From: Mobula birostris | Taxonomy: Eukaryota | Reading direction: 5' to 3' | DNA length: 64,000 nt | NCBI RefSeq assembly: GCF_030028105.1 | Contig: NC_092381.1 | Span: forward strand, 42,323,474-42,387,473 | Shown here: positions 48,801 to 60,800 of the stretch, piece after piece | Layout: each line of letters starts with the position of its first letter | Numbering within the stretch: the first letter of the stretch is position 1 | Notes under the pieces: generated by a model | What the model was told of the DNA's origin: nothing | What the model saw: the letters and a program-made list of their open reading frames with translations, nothing else | Database searches by the model: none | Translations under genes and position numbers: made by a program

Positions 48801-51800
48801 GTTATTTATGTTCATGTTGTATGGCAGAGCAGGCTCAAAGGATCAACTGGTGTTAATTCAATTCTTTTTTGTTATGTGGTCTGAAATTCAGAATGAGTGG
48901 TTTGTTGAAACCATCACTGCCTTCAAAAGAGTATGTTGCAGAAAGATTCTGATAAGAGACATGGGTCAGAGGAGCTTGAGGATGTTGTCAAAAGTTGTCT
49001 ATTTATTGAAGGAAAGACTGGTTGAGCTGTAATTTTCTTGAGTATGAAGTTAAGTGGGTGATCGAATGGGATTTAAAATTATACAGTAGCTTTCCCATTC
49101 TCAGTGGCAGTTTACTTCATAGTTTAAGTAATTTGGAGATGGATTAGAGAAGTGAGAAATTAGCCTCGGGATTCTCTGGATCCAGAAATGCTCATTACAT
49201 TTTAAAATTCCTTATCTTTTGAAATGCTATTGAAGTTTATTTTTGATGCTGTAACTATCTGCTCGAATGAGCATGGGAAGGTGAGCCATCACAGAAGAGA
49301 TTTGCAAAATGGTTATCCTGGTCCATAAATGTCCCATTCTGTGAAATTGTCAAACTAATGCACAAGATGTAATCACTCTGTTCATCAGGTTGCATTGTGT
49401 ATGTTGGCACAAAGATACAGCAATGTTCTGAATTGAAGTAGAAAGCCATTGATTCAGAATTGGTTTATCCAACATTTTAGCCTTTTCAGAACAGGAAAAT
49501 ACTCAAATCTTGTTGGATCCAAATGCAAATCTATTTTGTTCAGGTGCTTTAAGTTTAAACAGTTACCTCCTTAGCAAGTGTCACACTTGTCAACCACTCA
49601 TGGGTTATTGTGCATATTGGGATTTAAATGTATGAAAGCTTGTCTAGTTTTTTCCTCTTTCTATCACAGTGGGCTGCTCTAATGCAGGGGTTCCCAATCT
49701 GGGGTCCATGGACCCCTCAGTTAATAGTAAGGCTCCATGGCATAAAAGTTGGGAACCCCTGCTCTAATGGGTCACTATTTAGGCAGTGATAATCAACAAT
49801 GGATTGCTCCTGAAAAATTCTATTAAGAACCTTAGGATTTGCTTTTTTTAATGGAAGGTAATTGTGGTTTCATTTATTTTTAGATTGTGATTATGGGTTT
49901 TTAAAAAGCCAAAATAGATATTTCTCTCAATTTTCAAGTAGATATTCTTGTTTTAAGCATGTGGAAGTGGTAAATCCTTGTCAAAAACAGATTTGCTCAA
50001 TTAACAACACCTTTTATTTTATAGAACTGATGGAGTGGAAGCTATGAAGTTACTTGGGGCTGGCAAAAGGCACATGGTAATGGAAGACTTTGCAGCAGCT
50101 GTCAATGCCTTTCAGGATGCATGCAGGCTGTTGTAAGTATATTGTGGTAGTTCATGGACGTAAATTGGTTTATTATTGTCACAAGTAGGGAGGCACACTG
50201 GGAAAAACTACATGCCAACCATAAAATCAGTTCATTATAACAGTACATTGAGGTTGTCCAAGTTAAAGTAGTAACAGTGTTGAAGCTACAGAGAAAGTGC
50301 AGACGGACAATAAGGTGCAAGGCCATAGTGAGAGAGACTGGGTGAAGAGTTCATCTTGTCACTCTAGGAAATTTTTCAAGAGTTCCCTAGTTAGACAGCA
50401 GGGTAGAAGCTGTCCTTAAGCCTAGTTTTACTTTAAGGGTTTTGTATCTTCTACTTGATGGGGGTGGGGGGGGGGGTGGAAGAATGTCTGGTGTTTTTGA
50501 TTCAGGGCTACTTTACTGAATCAGGAGGAGGTGTAGACAGCCTGTCTGAAACTTGTGACCGTGAATAGAGTAAAACTGCTATTTGGGTATGTTTAGGACT
50601 TTACTGCCAGACTAGCAGATTTTTTTGAGATTACTGGTACTTAAGTGTTAAGACTGCAATACTTAATTTGCTCCACTTAACTGAAGCTTGCTTAACCTGG
50701 CAAGTTCCAATGAAGAATGGCATTTCAGGTTTTTGGTTTCAAGATGGGTGCCTTAATAGGTCATATATGCACAAGTTGTCTTTTGTGACATATCTTACTA
50801 ATGTGTATTTATTGGGTTTGTTTGCTGTTCTGATTTGTGCATGAAAGTGATCTTTTCCCCTTTTTACAAACAACTAGGAGTACTGCACATGGAGAAATAG
50901 CTGATGAATGTGGAGAAGCCTACTTCTGTTATGGAAAAGCTCTTCTAGAGTTGGCAAGGTTAGTTGACCAATCTGATCACTAACATTTGGGAAGAAAATG
51001 GAACAAAACATGTCATTGGTTAAAAGCAATCAAAATACATTTTTTTAAGCCATGGTGGATTTTTTGCCTGTTAAGGATTTTCACTCATTTCTTCCCCACA
51101 TCAATTTGTATAACATAGTCCCAACAGTTTTAAACATTATGTTCATTTAAAAAAAAATCAGCCATGAAGTAGATAATAAGCAGAAAGTTTAGAGGCTTTG
51201 GGTTTGAATCTGGATTAAATTGCTTCTGTTTCCATTTGGAATATGGGTCACATTTGTTTGGGTTCCTCAATCGTAGGTCTGATTGTTACAGTAGCTTTTT
51301 CTGGTATTGTTACAACTTGATGTAGACAGTTTGGGATAAAGGGATTTGAAAGAAAAATCTTACAGAATCTGAACTACAGAATACAGTTAATCTCTTGCAG
51401 AATGGAGAGGGGTGTGCTTGGCAATGCCCTTCAAGGAGTTCCTGATGATGAAGATGATGATGAGGATGAAGATGATCAAGAAACAGCAACAGCCGAGGGC
51501 CCCAAAATAGAAAATGCAGAGAATGTAGATGGTTAGTACCTAGAATTTTTTTTTGAGCGTTTAGAAGTTGCTTCAGTTTGGTACTTAAGCTTAGTTTATG
51601 CTGCACATTGTTTCTAGACCTACATGGAGCACAGTTTGGAGAAGAAGTGTTTGCTTTCCTTTTCTGTGGAACGATTTATTAAAAAAAAAAAAATTTGTGA
51701 CAGGCACAATTTTATAATTAAATCGACTTTAAATATTGAACGGTTAATGTAAAGGTTGCTTGCTTGGCCAAAATTTATTTCGTGGGGTTGTATTAGTGAA

Positions 51801-54800
51801 TCAAATGTAGGTTGACCTACATAGACTTTGCCTCTCAGTTTCTACAAAAACCTACTGCTGACTAATCTCAATTTATTATCAATCTGCCTCATTTGTGACT
51901 CTAAAGATTATAGCTGGGAACTTAACAAGCAAGGATACACATGTATTGAAAGATCAGGCACATGGAGGGGTGGTGTGGCTTTGTTGGTTTTTTAAAAAAA
52001 GAAATCAAATCCTTGCAGGTGACGTGGAATTGGAAGGTGTAGAATCATTGTGGATAGAGCTAAGGAACAGAAAGGTTTTAAAACTCCCTGATGGGAGTTG
52101 TATAGACCTCGCAAACAATAGTAAAGATGTGGCTAGAAATTACAAAGGGAGATAGAAAATGCACGTCAAAAGAGCAATGTTACAATAGTCATGGGGGGGG
52201 GGGTGGAATTTCAATATGCAGGTAGTTTGGGAAAATCAGGTAGATGCTAAATCCCAAAAGTGGTAATTTCTAGAATACCTACGAGGTGACTTTTTAGTGC
52301 TCATAGTTGAGCACACTATGGAATCACCTATTCTGGATTGGGTGTGTTTCAGTGAACTGGAATTGATTTAAAAAGTTGCAGAGAAAACTTACAGCACAAT
52401 ACATAGTCATACTTCATTGATCCTGGGGGAAATTGGTTTTTGTTACAGTTGCACCATATTTAATTAAATAGTAATATGTAAATTATGCCAGGAAATAAGT
52501 CTAGGACCAGCCTATTGGCATCAGCAAACTTACTAACCCATCCCTCCATTTCCTCATCCAGGTCATTTATAAAAATCACAATGAGTAAGGGTCCAAGAAC
52601 AGATCCCTGAGGCACACTACTGGTCACTGACCTCTATGCAGAATATGACCTGTCTACAACCACTCTTTGCCTTCTGTGGACAAGCCAGTTCTGGATCCAC
52701 AAAGCAATGTCCCTTTGGATCCCATGCCTCCTTACTTTCTCAATAAGCCTTGCATGGGGTACCTTATCAAATGCCTTGCTGAAATCCATGTACACTGCAT
52801 CTACTGCTCTACCTTCAATATGTTTAGTCACATCCCTAATTAAAAAAAATTAATCAGGCTTGTAAGGCACGAACTGCTCTTGACAAAGCCATGCTGACTG
52901 TTCCTCATCATATTATACCTCTCAATGTTCATAAATCCTGCCTCTCAGGATCTTCTCCATCAACGTACCAACCACTGAAGTAAGACTCACTGGTTTATAA
53001 TTTCCAGGGCTATCTCTACTCCCTTTCTTGAATAAGGGAACAACATCCACAACCCTCCAATCTTCCGGAGCCTCTCCCGTCCCCATTGATGATGCAAAGA
53101 TCATCGCCAGAGGCTCAGCAGTCCTTGCCTCCCAGAGTAGCCTGGGGTACATCTCATCTGGTCCTGGCGACTTACCCAACTTGATGCTTTCCAAAAGCTC
53201 CAGCACATCCTCTTTCTTCACATCTACATGCTCAAGCTTTTCAGTTCATAATCATAGTCATACTTTATTGATCCCAGGGGAAATAGGTTTTTGTTACAGT
53301 TGCACCATAAATAATAGTCATAAAACCATAAATAATAAGTAGTAATAAAACCATAAATAGTTAAATAGTAATATGTAAATTATGCCAGGAAATAAGTCCA
53401 GGACCAGTCTATTGGCTCAGGGTGTTTGACCCTCCAAGGGAGGAGTTGTAAAGTTTGATGGCCACAGGCAGGAATGACTTCCTATGATGCTCTGTGTTGC
53501 ATCTCGGTGGAATGAGTCTCTGGCTGAATGTACTCCTGTGCCCAACCAGTACATTATGTAGTGGATGGGAGACATTGACCAAGATGGCATGCAATTTGGA
53601 CAGCATCCTCTTTTCAGACACCACCGTCAGAGAGACCAGTTCCATCCCCACAACATCACTGGCCTTACGAATGAGTTTGTTGATTCTGTTGGTGTCTGCT
53701 GCTCTCAGCCTGCTGCCCCAGCACACAACAGCAAACATGATAGCACTGGCCACCACAGACTCGTAGAACATCCTCAGCATCATCCGACAGATGTTAAAGG
53801 ACCTCAGTCTCCTCAGGAAATAGACGGCTCTGACCCTTCTTGTAGACAGCCAGTCATCACTGCAAGTCATCACTATAATCACCAAGATCCTTTTCCATAG
53901 GGAATACTGAAGTAAAGTATTCATTAAGTACCTCTGCTATTTCTTCTGGTTCTGTACACACTTTACCACTGTCACACTTGATAGGTCCTACTCTTTCATG
54001 TCTTATCCTCTTGCTCTTCACATACTTTTAGAATGCCTTGGGGCTTTCCTTAATCCTGCCCACCAAGGCCTTCTCATGACCCCTTCTGATTCTACTAATT
54101 TCCTTCTTAAGCTCCTTCCTGTTAGCCTTGTAATCTTCTAGATCTCTAACATTACCTAGCTCTCTGAACCTTTTGTAAGCTTTTCTTCTTGACTAGATTT
54201 ACTACAGCCTTTGTACACCACGGTTCCTCTACCCTACTATAACTTCCCTGTCTCATTGGAACATACCTATGAGCACTCCACACAAATATCCCCTGAACTT
54301 TTGCCACATTTCTTCTGTACCTTTCCCTGAGGAACCCTTAAGGAACAGTGATCATAATATTATAGAATTCGCCCTGCAATTTGAGAGACAGAAGCTGAAG
54401 TCTGATGTATCACTATTACAGTGGACTAAAGGGAATTACAAAGACATGAGAGAAGCTGGCCAAAGTTGATTAGAAGTGATTGCTGGCAGGGGTGACAGCA
54501 GAGCAGTAATGGTTGGAATTTCTGGGAGCTATTTGGAAGGCACAGGATAAATGCATCCCAAAGAAGTATTCTAAAAATAGGACGATGCAACTGGCTGATA
54601 AGAGAAATCAAAGCCAACATAAAGGCCAAGGAAGGCATATAATAGAGCAAATATTAGTGGAAAGTTAGAGGATTGGGAAGCTTTTAAAAACCAACAGAAG
54701 GTAACTTTTATATGGGGGGAGGTTGGGGGGGGAGATAGAATACAAAGGTAAGCTGGCCAATAATATTAGAGGATACCAAAAGTTTCTTCAGATATAAAGA

Positions 54801-57800
54801 ACAAGAGGCAACAAATAGATACAAGACCAATGGAAAATTATGCTGGAAAGGAAGTAAGGGGGTGGGGTGGGGGGCCGCAAGGAAATGACAAACTGAATCC
54901 GTATTTTACATCAGTCTCCACTGTGGAAGATGAGCAGTATATATGCCAGAAGTTTAAGATTGTCGTGGGCAGAAATGAGTGAAGTTGCCATTACTAGGGA
55001 GAAGGTGCTTGGAAAACTGAAAGGTCTGCAGATATGTAAGTCAGCCGGACCAGATGAAATATACCCCAGGGTTCTGAAAGAGCTGGCTAAAGAGATTATG
55101 AAGGTATTCGTTATGATCTTGCAGGAATCACTAGATTCTAGATGGTTCTGGAGGACTGGAAAATTGCAATTGTCACTCCACTCTCCAGGAAGGGAGAGAG
55201 GCAGAAGGGAAATTATAGGCCAGTTAGTCTGACCTCAGTGGTTAGAAAACGTTGGAGTTGATTGTTAAGAATGTGGTTTAGGGGTACTTGGAAGCACATG
55301 ATAAAGTAGGTTGTAGTCATCATTGTTTCCTGAAGGGAAAATCTTGCCTGACAAAACTGAAAGAATTCTTTGAAAAAATAACAAGCAGGATAGACAAAGG
55401 AGAATTGGTTGTTGTTGTTTACTTGGATATTCAGGAGACATTTGACAAGATGCCACACATGAGGCTGCTGCACAACTTAAGAGCCCATGGAATTACAAGA
55501 AAGCTTTTAGCATGGATAGAGCACTAGCTGATTTGTGGGAGGCAAAGAGAGGGAATAAAGGGAGCCTTTTCTGGTTGGCTGCTGGTGACTAGTAGTGTTT
55601 TACAGAGGTCTGTTGGGACTGATTCTTTTTACGTTGTGTGTCAATGACTTGGATGATGGAATTGATGGTTTTGTGGCCAAGTTTGTATATGATGAAATAT
55701 AGCTGGAGGGATAGGTTGTGTTGAGGAATCAAAGGAGGCTTGGATAGATTAGGAGAATGAGCACAGCAGTGGCAGATGGAATAGTGTGGGGAAGTGTTCA
55801 TGCATTTTGGTAGAATAAATATGTATAGTCTATTTTATAAATGTAGAGACAATTCAAAATTCTGAGGTGCAAAGGGACGTGAGCTTCCTCGTGCAGGATT
55901 CCCTAAAGGTTAATTTGAAGGCTTAGTCGCTGGTAATAAAGGCAAGTGCAATGTTAGCATTTATTTTGTGAGGACTGGAGCATACAGTTGCAAAAAGTTT
56001 GTGAACCCTTTGCAAATTTTTTGCATTAATTACTCAAAGCTGTGGTCTGATCTTCATTTAAGCCACAATAATAGACTAATAATCTGCCTAAGCTAATAAC
56101 ACACAATCAAGAGAAAATCAGTAGATCCTGGAAATCCAAGCAACACACAATATTGGAGGAACAGGCCAGGCAGCATCTCTGGAAAAGAGTATAGTCAATG
56201 TTTCAGGCTGAAACCTTTTACAAACCTATTTGGAGTCTGATGTTCCAATCAAGGGATGATATTAGAGGTGAGGGTTGTAGAGGTAGCCTGCTGTATAGAA
56301 AAGACAAAGTTGGGTTAATGACAGAGCCTGTTCTTCTCAAGATAGATCTGTTTATGTGCACTGTGCCTCGATCAGACTTTCAGAGGACCTTAGAAGAATT
56401 GTAGTGTTACATGAAGTTGGAAAAGGCTGTAAAAGCATTTCTAAAGACCTGAGTGTTCATCAGTCCACAGTAAGAGAAATTGTCTACAAATGGAGGAAAT
56501 TCAGTACTGTTGCTACTCTCCCTAGGAATGGGTGTCCTGCAAAGATTGCACCAAGAGCACAATGAACAATGCTAAAGGAGTTCAAAAAGAACCCAAAGGT
56601 AACAGCAAAAGACTAACAGAAATCTCTAAAATTTGCTAAAGTCTCTCTGTGTCCACTCTAAGAAAAACACTGAACAAGAATGGTGCTCATGAAGAACACC
56701 ACGGAGGAAGCCACTGCTCTCCAAAGAAAACACTGCTGCACAAATTTTCAAAATACCACCTGGATGTTCCACAATGCTTCTGGAACAATGTTCTGTGGAC
56801 AGATGAGACAGATGTTGAGCTTGCGTACTGTTTGGAGAAAACAAATGCGTACTGTTCGGAGGAAAAGGGCACTGTACACCAACACCAAAATCTCATTCTA
56901 ACTGAAACATGGTGGAAGGAGCATCATGATTTGGGGCTGCATTGCTGCCTCGGGGTCTGGACAGCTTCCAGTTGTTGAAGGAACAATGAATTTAAAATTG
57001 TATTAGACATTTTACTGGTGAATGTCAAGGTAGCAGTCTGTCACCTGAAGCTTAATAGAAGTTGGATGATGCAACAAGATAATGATTAGAGAACAGAAGT
57101 GAATAAACAACAAAATGGTTTAAAAAGAAAATTTGTGTCAGAATTCAGACCTTAACCCAATTGAAATACTGTGGCATGACCTGAAGAGAGCTGTTCATGC
57201 GAGGTATAGTACAGGTTTCCCCCGCCATCCGGAGGTAGAGTGTTCCTATGAAACAGTTCATAAGCTGAAATGTCGTAAAGCGAAGAAGCAATTACCATTT
57301 ATTTATATGGGAAAATTTTGTGAGCGTTCGCAGACCCAAAAAATAACCTACCAAATAACACACACAACCTGAAATAACAGTAACATGGTAAAAGCAGGAA
57401 TGATATGATAAATACGCAGCCTATATAAAGTAGAAATAATGTATGTACAGTGTAGTATCACTTGCGGGAATCGGGAGGACAGTGCTGAGCACACTAATGA
57501 TGGTGAGACTGAGTTGGCGGTTGGGGTTGTGCAGTGGTCCCCACCCTCCGGGTAGCGAGTCGATACTGATCAGTGAAGCATGCAGGAGTACAGCGGTAGC
57601 CGGGAGGCACACAGCACTTTTAAGAAAAAAGCCAAAATAAACATGCTAATTAATTATGTGCCACCCGGCACGTAAATGTCGGCCCAGATCAGAGGTGATT
57701 GCCAATTGCATTGCCTCTGATCTGGGCCGACAGTTACGTGCTGGGTGGCACCTAAATAATCAGCATGTTTATTTTGGCTTTTTTCTTAAAGATGTGCTGT

Positions 57801-60800
57801 GTGCGTCCTGGCTACTGCTGCATTCTCCGTGAATCGGTATCTGTCCACGGCCTGGGGTTTGGGGTGGTGGGACACTGGGGTGTCGTCTATTTCCATTAGG
57901 GCAGGCAGCTCATCTTCTATGATTGCCCGCCATGGATGTCGAAGGTCGAGGTTTGTTGTCTGCTGTGGCCGATGTGGAAGGCTTGCTTGACTGCTTAGCC
58001 TTGTGCATTTTTAGATCATACAGTTCTTTGTACGGACTCAAACCATCCTACAAATATGCCCTAAACCGACGTACCCTTATCATTACTCATTCAGTTTCAA
58101 TTGTTATCCTTTCCTCTTCCAATTGCATCAGCTCTTCATCTATCAGTGCTTGGTCATGGGATGCTAAAACATCTTCAACATCATCTTCATCAACTTCCCC
58201 AAGCCAAACTCACTTTGTCCTTACTTCATTGACCACGATCGAAAGACTTAATTATGTCTAGTTTTACGCTAAGTGTAACACCCTTACGAGCTTCTTTTAG
58301 GCTTTTCCGATACCTTAGAACTCATCTTGCAAACGGCTGCTCACGGGCATGTGTTTAAGCAATGCCGGCTAGACTGCCGTTCCAAATCCGGGGAGAGCAG
58401 CTGTTATGGGCGCGTGCTGCCTTTTATTGTGCGCTGCCTTTTTTCGTAACAGTGAAAACACCTTCTGTTAGTGAAAACAGGGAACTAATGTAGGTCTTTC
58501 GTAACAGTGAGGTTTCGTAAAGCGAACGTTTATAAAGTGGGGGACACCTGTATCCCAGAAATATTGATGAACTGAAATAGTTTTGTATGGAGGAATGGTC
58601 TAAAATTTCTCCTCACTATTTAAGTCTAATCTGCAACTACAGGAAATATTTGAAAGTTATTGCTGCTACAGGAGGTTCTACCACTTATTAAATACAGGAG
58701 TTCACTTACTTTCTTCAGCCTGGACTGAATGACTAAACTGTATTCAATAAAGACATGAAAAGTACAATTGGTTGTGTGTTGTTAGTTTGGGCAAATTGTA
58801 TTTGTCTATTGTGACTTGTATAAAGATCAGACCACAGTGAATAATTAATGCAGGAAACCGGGTAATTGCAAAGGGTTCCCAAACTTTTTCTTGAACTGTA
58901 AAAGCAAAGATGTAATACTAAAGGCTTTAGAAGGCACTGGTGAATTTGAAGTATTGTGAGCAGTTTTGGGTGCTCACCATACTCCCAAGTGTTCTGATAA
59001 TGGAGAGGATTCAAAAGAAGGTCATAAGCTTGTCATATGAGGAGCATTAATTTAGAAGGGGGGGGGGAATCTCATCGAAACATATTGAAAGGCCTCGATA
59101 GAGTGGATGTGTAGAGGATGTTTCCTCGGTGGGGAGTCTCTGAGCAGAGGGCACAGCCACAGAATAGAGAGGTGTCCATTTGGAATGGAGATGATAATTT
59201 CTTCAGCCAAGAGTGGTGAATTTATTGCCACAGGTTGCTGTGGAGGCCAAATCATTTTTTTATATATAAGGCAGAGATTGGTAGATTCTTGATTAGTCAG
59301 GGAATGAATGGTTGTGGGGAGAGGGCTAGGGGTGGAATGACCAGCCATGGTGAAATTTCAGAGCAGACTTCATTAGCCAAATGGTGTAATTCTGCTCCTA
59401 TATCTTAATGGTCTCATCCTGTGTTTTTTTTTCCCACTTTGATCACCTTTTCAATTGTGACTATTTTTTAATTTGCTCATACCAGTCTTGGGAATTCCAA
59501 TTTTGTGCATTTTTCCCTTAATGCATGTAGAAAAAGAGAGGGAAGAATTGAGGGAACAGGTCTATGCAGCACTAGCTGAAGCCAATGTACAAGTTGAAAA
59601 CATTTCTAGTGATGAGGATGTAGACCATGAAGAAGGAATAAATCCTCCAGAGAAAGCTGATAAAGTGAACACTCTTGCAAAGGAGCTCCAGACAACTCAA
59701 AGTGAAATAAGGATGGAAACTGAATCCTTGGATGACCTCGATAAGGATGGTAAAAGTGAACCAATGGCTGAAGTGGGTTCTCATCAGGAAGATGTGGAGA
59801 AATTTCCAGAGGACAAAAACATTTTGGCTGAAGAGATTATTGTGCCAGAAGATGGGGATGAGAAGGCAATTACTGATGCATCAGTGGAAAGTGGTAAAAT
59901 TGACCTCGAAAGAAAAATCTGTCTTCCTTTGGAAAAAGACACCCAAAAGGTTCAAGACAAATTGAATGAGAAACCAGCACAAGAGAACATCAAAGGTGCC
60001 GACAGTGAAGGAAACAAAGTCACGGAGAAGACTGATAGCAAGCTAGAGGATGGAACTACAGGATGTGAGGAACCAATGGATGAGGGTGAAGGTATAAACT
60101 AAAGGACAAGTGTTCTGATTAACAAATTGGGTAAAATGGCACAAATCTCTTAAACTCTTTTGCATTCTTTTGTAAAACTTCCTACTTAATACTAACTATG
60201 AAGAGCATGGAGGAAAGTGGTATTTTTAAATGCTTACTATTTGCTGGGATAAAACTGACATCACGGGAGTTGCAAACTTTGTCACAAATCACTGGTGTAT
60301 GGTTCTTTTTGTTTTAAACATTTGTGTGGTATATTGTGCCTTTAGTGGAAAAGTCTAATAATTCGAAGTGGCTTTAACTTTGCATTAACTTGTGATTCAA
60401 ATGAATTAAAGGCCCAAGACCAACACTTAAGTCATAAGATTGTAATTTCCAGGGACAAGTTTAGTGGGTTACATAGTTAAATATTGTTTTGTTCTGCAGC
60501 ATTGGGAGCTTTTGTAAAATGGGATTAAGAATTGGTCAAAACATTTCTAGATACTGGCTGTGGTACTTGTTCAGTATTATTCTGGCACTTCATCCTTTGG
60601 ACAAAGTTCCTGGGTAGAAAAGTCTAGGTATTAAATTTAATTGAAGGACTTCTCTAAATTAAGTGACCAACCAATAATACAGCCAACTTCTATTATCACA
60701 AATTTTAAGCTCTACTTCCTAATTTACAAAATTTCCAGGTGCTCATGCAGCAGATGCTAGTGAAGGTGACGATGAGAATGAAGAAACTACAGAAAAGGTG

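Larger units (their letters stand above)
51915..59410 (+). mobile_element. Long CR1 LINE (EN plus RT) fragmented by several nested insertions
   Basis: [12 protein letters not shown] (51915-52370), [13 protein letters not shown] (from 54331), [27 protein letters not shown], then GLE/(Y)KSKDV resuming after the Tc1 at 58901. Confidence 0.8.

Noticed and set aside
59473-60102. 209-aa ORF as a standalone gene
   Set aside because: It is the large internal NASP exon with flanking intron sequence
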